Source: Calothrix anomala FACHB-343
GTDB taxonomy: Bacteria > Cyanobacteriota > Cyanobacteriia > Cyanobacteriales > Nostocaceae
Length of the DNA: 40,000 nucleotides
Direction of reading: 5' to 3'
Assembly (NCBI RefSeq): GCF_014696435.1
Contig: NZ_JACJQG010000002.1
Location: forward strand, 34,935-74,934
In this document: positions 26,401 through 34,200 of the stretch, piece by piece
Numbering within the stretch: the first letter of the stretch is position 1
Layout: each line of letters opens with the position of its first letter
Notes under the pieces: generated by a model
What the model was told of the DNA's origin: nothing
Databases searched by the model: none
Seen by the model: only the letters and a program-made list of their open reading frames with translations
Program-made: the position numbers and the translations under genes

Positions 26401-28819
26401 TGTGCTTACCCATCTTTTGGGACAAGGTGTAGAAGAACTGGCAGAGAAAATTAAAATTTATCGTCAGGCTTGGCAACAACAAGGACATCCGGGTTATGGT
26501 CATATTACTTTGATGTTGCATACTTTTGTCGGGGATGACGAAGAGACAGTGCGGGAGCAGGTGCGCTTACCTCTGTATAGTTACTTAGAGCAATCAATAG
26601 GGCTGATTCAAAAGATGCTCAAAGGGACGAAATTTGAAAGCCAAGTGAATGAATTTGCCCAAGAAGATCAAAATACCCTGCTGTCCTTTGCCTTTGAGCG
26701 TTACTTTAACACTAGTGGCTTATTGGGAACTCCTGCCAAATGTTTACAGATGATTGACGACCTGAAAGCGATTGGTGTTGATGAAGTAGGATGTTTAATT
26801 GATTTTGGGGTAGATGTTGACGCTGTATTATCTAGTTTGGAGAAACTCAATCAAGTTAGAGAACTGAGTAATAATATTAATGCTGAAGATTACACTATTT
26901 TGAGCCAAATACAGCGGCATCAAGTATCTCATCTGCAATGTACGCCTTCTTTAGCCAGAATGCTGACATTAATGCCTCATGGCATTGAGAGCTTGAATTG
27001 TTTACGATATTTAATGTTGGGTGGAGAAGCATTACCACTAAATTTAGTTCAACAGTTGGGAACATCCATTGATGCCCATATTTACAATATGTATGGACCA
27101 ACTGAAGCCACAATCTGGTCATCTACAGCCATTGTGGATGGTAAAGATAGTGAAACAACGATTACCATCGGTAAACCTATAGCTAACACCCAGTTTTATA
27201 TTTTAGATCAACAGTTAAATCCTGTACCTGTGGGAGTGCCAGGGGAACTGTATATTGGGGGTATGGGTTTAGCTAGAGGATATTTCCAGCGTCCTGAGTT
27301 GACAGCAGAAAGATTTATACAGAGTTCTTTTAGAAAAGGCGATCGCCTCTACAAAACCGGTGATTTAGCTCGCTACTTACCTGATGGAAATATCGAATTT
27401 CTGGGTCGCGTTGACTATCAAGTCAAAATGCGAGGATTCCGCATTGAACTGGGAGAAATTGAAACAGCACTTAGTCAACATCCTCAAATTCAACAAGCTG
27501 TGGTAATTCTAGACGGAACACAAGAAAATCAGCGCCTTGTCGCTTACATTGTCCCCCATTCCCCAGTGTCTGTACCCACTCCCACTGAGTTAAATCAGTT
27601 TTTGTTGAAGAAGTTGCCAGATTACATGGTGCCGAGCATTTTTGTCCAGCTTGAGCAAATGCCATTAACTCCCAACGGCAAAATTAACCGTCGCGCACTG
27701 CCAACCCCCTCACAGCAAAGCCCCTCACCCAAATATCTCCCCCCTCGCACTCCTGTAGAACGTCAACTAACTCAAATTTGGTCTGAGGTTTTAAATTTAG
27801 ATTGGATAGGCATTCGTGATAATTTCTTTGAACTGGGTGGACGCTCTCTACTAGCAGTACAATTAATATCACGCATTCAAAAACTTTTTGGTCAACAATT
27901 ACCCCTAGCTAGTCTTTTCCAAGCCCCAACCATTGAAAATTTAGCTCGGCAAATAGTTAATGCAGACAGTAAACAGCATTCATCCTGTTTAGTACCGATT
28001 CAACCCCAAGGCTCAAAACTGCCGCTGTTTTTCATTCCCGGATCGGGAGGTAACGTGATTCAATTCTATGAACTTTCACGTTGTTTAGGATTAGATCAAC
28101 CCTTCTATGGTTTACAACCCCAAGAATGGGATCGTGAATCTCAACCTTTAGATCGGGTTGAAGACATGGCAACTCAGTACTTGGCCGCGATTCAAACCTT
28201 CCAGCCCCAAGGTCCCTACCTTTTAGGTGGTCACTCTTTAGGGGGTAAAGTGGCCTTTGAAATGGCTAGACAACTGCTCAAACAAGGACAAGAAATTAGC
28301 CTTCTAGCCATAGTTGATGCTACAGCACCCCTACCAGTCCAGCAAGTTTCCTCACCCTCAACTTGGAGTAATGCCCAATGGTTATATGCGATCGCCAAGG
28401 GAGCAGGTGAGGCGCTAGGCATTACCTTGGACATTTCCCAGGAAATATTGCAGAGCTTATCAACAGAAGAACAGTTTAGCTACTTGCAAAATCAATTTGT
28501 GCAAAATGGCATCTTAGCTTCCCAAGACAGTGAAACCCAGTTAAAGAAACTAATTCAATTGACAAAAATTCAGCATACAAGTGCAGTTAATTATCAATGT
28601 TGTGAACAATTAGCATTGCCAATTACACTCTTCAAATCGGCTGAAAAAACCAATTCAATCATGTTTGAAAGTAACTCATTACTGAATGATCCGAAACTGG
28701 GTTGGGATCGAGTTTCAACACAACCTGTTACCTGCCATGTAATTCCAGGTAGCCATTATTCTATTATGGCTAACCCTTATGTCAAAGAATTAGCAGCACA
28801 TTTACAGGGCTACTTATAA
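20498..28819 (+). CDS. Terminating NRPS: C - A(Tyr-like) - PCP - C - A(Gly-like, interrupted by an LLM domain) - PCP - TE
   Basis: 2773-aa ORF. C domains: [10 protein letters not shown] and [10 protein letters not shown]. A1: [28 protein letters not shown] (Ser codon 23528-23530). A2: [16 protein letters not shown] ... [11 protein letters not shown], then an LLM insertion (MQFSLFYF ... CLIDFG), then QCTPS, [38 protein letters not shown] (Ser codon 27845-27847). TE: GGHSLGG (Ser codon 28235-28237). Confidence 0.93.
   Translation: [2773 protein letters not shown]
21920..23383 (+). other. A domain with a hand-extracted code DASTIAAVCK (Tyr-like/aromatic)
   Basis: GFDASVSE gives D/A/S. HITLPPS gives T278. 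VIVAGE gives I299/A301. [11 protein letters not shown] gives A322/V330/C331. NGKID gives K. One published Tyr code, as I recall it, is DASTVAAVCK. Confidence 0.55.
25108..27703 (+). other. Interrupted A domain with a hand-extracted code DILQMGMIWK (Gly-like); LLM inserted between cores A4 and A5
   Basis: SFDISILE gives D/I/L. After the insertion, HLQCTPS gives Q278. LMLGGE gives M299/G301. [11 protein letters not shown] gives M322/I330/W331. NGKIN gives K. The published Gly code, as I recall it, is DILQLGLIWK. Confidence 0.65.
25826..26863 (+). other. LLM domain 3 (inside the Gly-type A domain)
   Basis: MQFSLFYFA...[18 protein letters not shown]...[11 protein letters not shown]...[16 protein letters not shown]...LHTFVG...LGTPAKC...[12 protein letters not shown]. 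Confidence 0.85.
27985..28816 (+). other. Type I thioesterase (release) domain
   Basis: [19 protein letters not shown] nucleophile elbow, C-terminal [10 protein letters not shown] (His). It ends at the ORF stop. Confidence 0.85.
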
Positions 28820-29084
28820 ATAAATAAATTCTGGGAGAGAAAGTCAGGTGATAAGCTATACCTCAAACAGAACGTAGTTTTAGAACCGTTAGATAAAAGT
28901 GCTGTTGGTAATATTAAAAACTTGATTGAACATTTCATGCAAGAGCAAGCATATATGCTAGAAATGGTGCCAAAGAATTTCCCGTCTAGTTAGAAGTGCT
29001 TTATTCATCATTATAATTCTTGTATTGCTGTCTAGATTTCTCATCACTACATCTTCATCACCACCTTTCCCTGAACTTATGAAT

Positions 29085-30440
29085 TTATGAACTTATAAAC
29101 TCTATTTCATCCGGCAATTCGCTTTCTAGTTTTCTTAACGGTTCATATTGGTATGCTATTAAATTGGAAAACAATGTAAGTAATCCTATTAAAATGAACA
29201 AAAGACCAATTCCTCGACCAGGGCCAGAGCCGATAATTTGACCAATTCCTTGAGACCAAAGTCCATTAAAGTCCATTAAAGGTTCTAAAATTTTATCTGC
29301 AATAGGTCCAATGGCAATTGCTACCAATGGTGGAAAGAGCATAGAGATTGTCTGATTAAGTGATAAAATTCTACCTTGAATGTGAGGGGCAACTTTTTTT
29401 TGCAATATGATTTGAACACATCCGTTAACCAAGGGAATGCCTAAAGCAAAAAAGAAACCAGAAATGGTAAATAATATCAAAGAAGGACGCAAACCCCCTG
29501 TAACTAAAGCACTAGAACTGATGAGTATCGATATAAATATCACTCTTACTAAATTTTCTTCTTGGCGATCGCCTACAATCCCTAAATAGATAATTCCTAC
29601 AAGCATACCACTTCCTGCCAGGGAAAGAAGAAAACCTAAACTTCCCGGTGTGGTTAAGCTCAATAAAAGTGGTGTGGCTAGAATTAGTGCTGCCCCTATA
29701 GCTGCATTATAAATGGTGCGGATAAGTATCAACGTTAGTATTCCTGGTCGATTGATTAAATAATCCCATCCCTGTAATATTCCTGAAAAAATAGATGTAT
29801 TCTGGGCATCAATTAGCAAATCATCCTTGTGTGAAAGTTCCGGTATATCTACAATCAAAAGAGGAATAATAGCCAGGATAAAAGTAATAAAATCCAGTAA
29901 AACTACACCTTTCAATTTCAAAATTCCTAAGATAATACCCCCTAAAGCTGGACACACTAAGCGGGCTATTGAATCTGTAGCTTGAGTGAATCCACTAGCA
30001 CGCCCTAGTTTGTTTTTGGGAACCATTAACACAATAGATGCACGAAAAGCTGTTGAGCTAAATGTTGAGAAAATTGACTTTCCAGCGACTGCAAGATAAA
30101 TATGCCAAACTTCTAGACGTTCCAGCATCAAGAGAATACCAACAGTTAGAATACATAAGCTAGAACAGATTGTACTAATCAACATTATCCAGCGACGATT
30201 CCAACGATCAACAACACTACCAGCAATCGGAAAAATGCAAAAACCGGGAAGAGTAATAGCAAGGGTTAGAAAAGCAAATTGAGTGATAGAACTAGTATGC
30301 TGGTAAACCCAGACATCAAATGCAAAGCTAGTCATACCAGAACCTATCCTAGAGATGATTTGACCTAGCCAAATCATAATAAAAACTTTCATTTCACTCA
30401 AAGCAGGAGTTTGTGTAACACTTGAGGGTTGCTTAAGCAT
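29085..30440 (-). CDS. MFS transporter (MFS_3/EntS-like efflux family), probable product exporter
   Basis: 451-aa ORF that is hydrophobic throughout, with roughly 12 predicted helices by eye. N-terminal WLGQIISRIGSGMTSFAFDVWVY and the VVDRWNRRW loop are typical of the DUF894/EntS-like MFS proteins found in NRPS clusters. It is convergent with the TE-containing NRPS. Confidence 0.75.
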   Translation of the reverse strand: MLKQPSSVTQTPALSEMKVFIMIWLGQIISRIGSGMTSFAFDVWVYQHTSSITQFAFLTLAITLPGFCIFPIAGSVVDRWNRRWIMLISTICSSLCILTVGILLMLERLEVWHIYLAVAGKSIFSTFSSTAFRASIVLMVPKNKLGRASGFTQATDSIARLVCPALGGIILGILKLKGVVLLDFITFILAIIPLLIVDIPELSHKDDLLIDAQNTSIFSGILQGWDYLINRPGILTLILIRTIYNAAIGAALILATPLLLSLTTPGSLGFLLSLAGSGMLVGIIYLGIVGDRQEENLVRVIFISILISSSALVTGGLRPSLILFTISGFFFALGIPLVNGCVQIILQKKVAPHIQGRILSLNQTISMLFPPLVAIAIGPIADKILEPLMDFNGLWSQGIGQIIGSGPGRGIGLLFILIGLLTLFSNLIAYQYEPLRKLESELPDEIEFISS

Positions 30441-30583
30441 AAATATTAAAGTATAATCCCATAATGGCTGAAACTAAACGTTAAAGAGATATTAGCATCC
30501 CACAATAAATAGTAACAAAAAGAAAAAAGATTTTTGACAGCTTAAGAGGATGTTTCAAAAGTTTTGATTGTCCACAAATTATG

Positions 30584-30724
30584 CTAACGTCTAATCATAA
30601 TGCGGAGCATGGCAAGATAAATAAAAGTCTTTGACGTTTCAGGTAGTAATTCCTAGTCTCGAACCAATCACCGACATCCCATTAACCAACCAAAAGTCCG
30701 CTCAACTACCCAAGGTTTTTTGAG
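30584..30724 (-). pseudogene. Remnant of the C-terminus of an IS5-family (DDE_Tnp_1) transposase, with two in-frame stops
   Basis: The minus-strand translation reads LKKPWVVERTFGWLMGCR*LVRD*ELLPETSKTFIYLAMLRIMIRR*. This matches the conserved IS5-family C-terminal block (VERTFxWL..xRRLxxDYE...A.I.LM.RR). TGA and TAG sit where W and Y are expected. No upstream transposase body is present. Confidence 0.7.
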
Positions 30725-30731
30725 CAAGTTA

Positions 30732-30913
30732 AAAAGTAAAAAGTAAAAAGATAATCCCCATAAATAAATTTAGGAGATTTAATAAGGACATATTATTTAT
30801 CATGCCATGCATCTCGATTGGGAATGTTTTTATTTTGTTCTATAACTAAATTTAGTTGCTCTGTAACCATTTTTTTCTTATTCTTTATGAGTGCCTTTTA
30901 ACTTTTTACTTTT
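30732..30913. repeat. 13-bp perfect inverted repeat pair (AAAAGTAAAAAGT / ACTTTTTACTTTT) bracketing about 156 bp, next to the transposase remnant
   Basis: Left arm 30732-30744, right arm 30901-30913, read directly. The left arm lies within an AAAAGT AAAAAGT AAAAAG tandem. Confidence 0.45.
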
Positions 30914-31125
30914 GCCTTGCCTGGTCATATAATCTGTGGAAGATTGGGGTCTGAGTAGCAATGGTTGCTGTTGGCGCAATATTTTTTAACATGGGCAAAC
31001 CTGACAAATGCCAAGGGTTTAATTAGAAAAAACTATTTTCCTTAAGTTTATGTCTCGACTGTAATATGTTACAATCACACTCAGCAAAAGCTGCTCGTTA
31101 AGTATAAATAGTCAAATATTAAACA

Positions 31126-31138
31126 GATAATACTTATC
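31126..31138. promoter_or_regulatory. Fur-box-like palindrome GATAAtacTTATC, about 120 nt upstream of the Thr-Thr NRPS start
   Basis: The sequence aGATAATaCTTATCg matches 11 of the 12 core positions of the tGATAAT-n-ATTATCa (7-1-7) reading of the classical Fur box. It lies in the 816-bp divergent intergenic region. The surrounding DNA is AT-rich, so a chance match is plausible. Confidence 0.2.
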
Positions 31139-31256
31139 GAGTCTATCGGTTATAAGTTTGCGGCAGTCAGTGCCAAATATCGATTGTGGTGAAAGCTAGT
31201 AATTTACCTAATTTTTCTCCTGAAGAAGGTTAATTTATTTAAGGAATTTTTCACAA

Positions 31257-34200
31257 GTGAATAGTATATTACCTTTATCTATCAACCAACGGGAAATCTA
31301 TATTGACCAAATGATGTGGTTAGAAGGTTCCCATCTGAATATCGGTGGTACTGTGACAGTGCAGGGTGCTTTTGATATTGAAATTTTCAATGATGCGATT
31401 AATCAAGTAATTCGCACTCATCCAAGTTTAAGGACGCGAATTTATGAATTAGAAGGAAAGCTTTTCCAAACCATTTCACCGCACAAAGACGCAGCAGTAG
31501 AACTAATTGATTTCTCTAGTTATGACAATAGTGAAAAATTGGCTGATGAATATATCAATCAGGAATTTACTCAGCCTTTTAGCTTTGGGGAAAATGCCTC
31601 ACTTGTGAATTTTCAGGTACTTCGCACCAGTAACCAAAGACATATATTTTATGCTAAATATCATCATGCAATTACCGATGGTTGGGGAATTGCCATCTTC
31701 TTTCGGGAACTAATTAGGATTTACAACCAAATTATTCAAGATGGTACTGACAATCAAACAGAAAAAGATTTGTATTTAATTGAATATCTTGAGGAAGAAG
31801 CAGAATATTTAGAGTCACGAAATTATCCGCGCGATCGCGATTATTGGAAACAGCGTCTAGCAGGTATTTCTCCCCAAGTTTTCCCCCAAATTAAAGCTGC
31901 AGGTTTAACAGGCGATCGCCAAGCAATTTATATTCCCCGCGAGCAATATAATCGGGTAAATACTTTATGTCAAGAAATCCAATCGAATGCGTTTCATTTT
32001 ATCTTAGGCTTAATCGCCGTTTGTTTAACTAATCGCTACAACAAGCCAGATTTAACGGTGGGTTTATCCCTACTCAATCGCAATAAGAAAAGCTTTAAGG
32101 ATGCTATTGGCTTATTTGTGAGTACGATTCCTTTCCGCGTCCCAATAAATAGCCATGAAACAGTTCACAAACTATTAGATAATATCCGTTCTTTATTGCG
32201 CCAAGATTATCGCCACCAACGCTTTCCTTTAGGAGAAATGAAGCGGCTAGCTGGCTTACAATTAAATAGTAAAGAACATTTATTTGAAGTTTATTTATCC
32301 TACGAAAGACACGATTACAACGAATGTTTTGCTAATAGTGAAACAAGCTGCGTACCTTTGTACAGTGGACAACAAAAAGTACCACTGATTATTTATGTTC
32401 GGGAATACGCCGAACACAGCGATATTAAAATCGATTTTGATTATAATCTTTCCTATTTAGATGCTGAAACAGTCAGGCAGATAGTGACAGATTTTCAAAA
32501 TTTGTTTACTACTGCTATAGAAAGATTAGAAAAGCCGATTTCTAGTCTGGTTGCTAAATCGCAAGAAAACAATAATTATAACATTATTCAACCAGAAATT
32601 TCTCTGGATATTTCCAGCGATGAAACATTAGTTTCAGCCTTTGCAACTACCGCCGCTACATATCCAGAAAATACCGCAGTTAAATTTAATAAAAATACCC
32701 TCACCTACGCTGAATTAAATAGCAAAGCCAACCGCTTGGCGAATTATTTAATTAGTCAAGGAGTTAAACCGGGAACGCGCGTGGGGATATGTTTAGAACG
32801 TTCAGAAAATATAGTTATTGCTATTTTAGGAATCCTGAAAATAGGTGCGGCTTATGTACCTATAGATCCTCAATCTCCCGCTACCCGTCTGCAATTAATT
32901 CTCGAAGATAGCGGAATTTGTGCATTGATTGCTGAACCAGGAATTTTATCAGCATTAACTAACAAAGAAATTTTAGGTTTCACTCTCCCATCTCTAGAAG
33001 ATGAACTAATTAATCAACCAGATACAGCGCCAGAAGTTGTCATTAAACCGGAATTTCCTGCTTATATTATTTACACTAGCGGTTCCACTGGTACGCCTAA
33101 AGGTTGTATCGTCACCCATAGAAACGCCATCCGGTTAATGCGTTCCACAGAACCTTGGTTTGGCTTTAACGACAAAGATATTTGGACGCTGTTTCACTCC
33201 TTTGCTTTTGACTTTTCTGTGTGGGAATTGTGGGGTGCTTTGCTTTACGGCGGTAAGGTAATTATTGTACCTTTCTGGTTAAGCAGAACGCCAGAAAGTT
33301 TCCGCGAATTCCTCACCACAGAACGGGTAACTGTTCTCAATCAAACTCCTTCCGCTTTCTATCAACTAATTCGCGCGGATGAAGCGAGTGTAGGAAAATT
33401 GGCGTTACGTTATGTCATCTTTGGTGGTGAAGCTTTAGATTTTCCCACTTTACGTCCTTGGTTAGAAAAGTACGGCGATAAAAACCCGCGTTTAATTAAT
33501 ATGTACGGGATTACAGAAACTACCGTTCATGTAACTTATCGCCCGATTTCTCTCCAAGATTTGACAGGAAATGCTAGTGTTATCGGTAGAGAAATTCCTG
33601 ACTTACAAATATATTTACTTGATGACAAATTACAACCAGTTACTGATGGTTTACCAGGAGAAATTTACGTAGCTGGTGCTGGGGTGACTAGCGGTTATTT
33701 AAATCGTCCCGCATTGACAGCAGAAAGGTTTTTAGCTAATCCTTTTGGTAGTGGAAAAATTTACCGCAGTGGTGATTTAGGGCGGAGATTAGCCAACGGG
33801 GATTTAGAATATTTAGGAAGGATAGATCAACAAGTTAAAATTCGCGGTTTTCGGATTGAATTAGGAGAAATTCAAGCGGCGCTAACATCTCATTCTCAAG
33901 TGCGGGAAGCGGTGATTGTCACTGATGAATGGGAAGCCGAAAATCGCTTAGTTGCTTACTATGTTCCTGGAGAAACTAACCCCACAGCTAATGAATTGCG
34001 TCAGCATTTAAAAACTAAGCTACCTGATTACATGATACCCGCAGCTTATGTGAGTTTAGATGCTTTCCCCCTGAATGTTAACGGGAAAATTGACAATAAA
34101 GCTTTACCCGCTCCAGATTGGAATTTGTTAAGGGTAGAAGAAAATTATATAGCCGCGCGTAACGCCGATGAAGAAACTTTATGTGCAATTGTCGCTTCTA

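Noticed and set aside
15640-27950. The Asp-, Tyr- and Gly-type modules have near-identical protein sequence across A7-A10 and the PCP ([36 protein letters not shown] ... [17 protein letters not shown]). This could suggest recent gene conversion or a cassette swap.
   Set aside because: At the nucleotide level the three copies differ at many synonymous positions. This is conserved-motif similarity typical of cyanobacterial NRPSs, not recent recombination.
28820-28993. An open frame continues in-frame past the TE stop codon: INKFWERKSGDKLYLKQNVVLEPLDKSAVGNIKNLIEHFMQEQAYMLEMVPKNFPSS*. It could be a small gene, a readthrough tail or a gene remnant.
   Set aside because: It has no ATG or GTG with an RBS, and the only in-frame ATG leaves about 15 codons. 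I can name no family it matches. It is at most a relic of a truncated gene. The 12-bp palindrome AGCATATATGCT inside it (28948-28959) has no supporting context.
30533-30566. A TTGACA hexamer could be a -35 element for a + strand promoter.
   Set aside because: No acceptable -10 hexamer lies at 16-18 nt spacing, and there is no downstream gene before the transposase relic.
30793-30870. A 25-codon minus-strand ORF (MVTEQLNLVIEQNKNIPNRDAWHDK) lies between the 13-bp inverted repeats.
   Set aside because: It is too short, has no RBS or recognisable motif, and sits in AT-rich DNA where such ORFs arise by chance.
31060-31073. The palindrome TGTAATATGTTACA resembles an NtcA site (GTA-N8-TAC).
   Set aside because: The spacing between GTA and TAC is 6 nt, not the required 8. 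No properly placed -10 box is evident.
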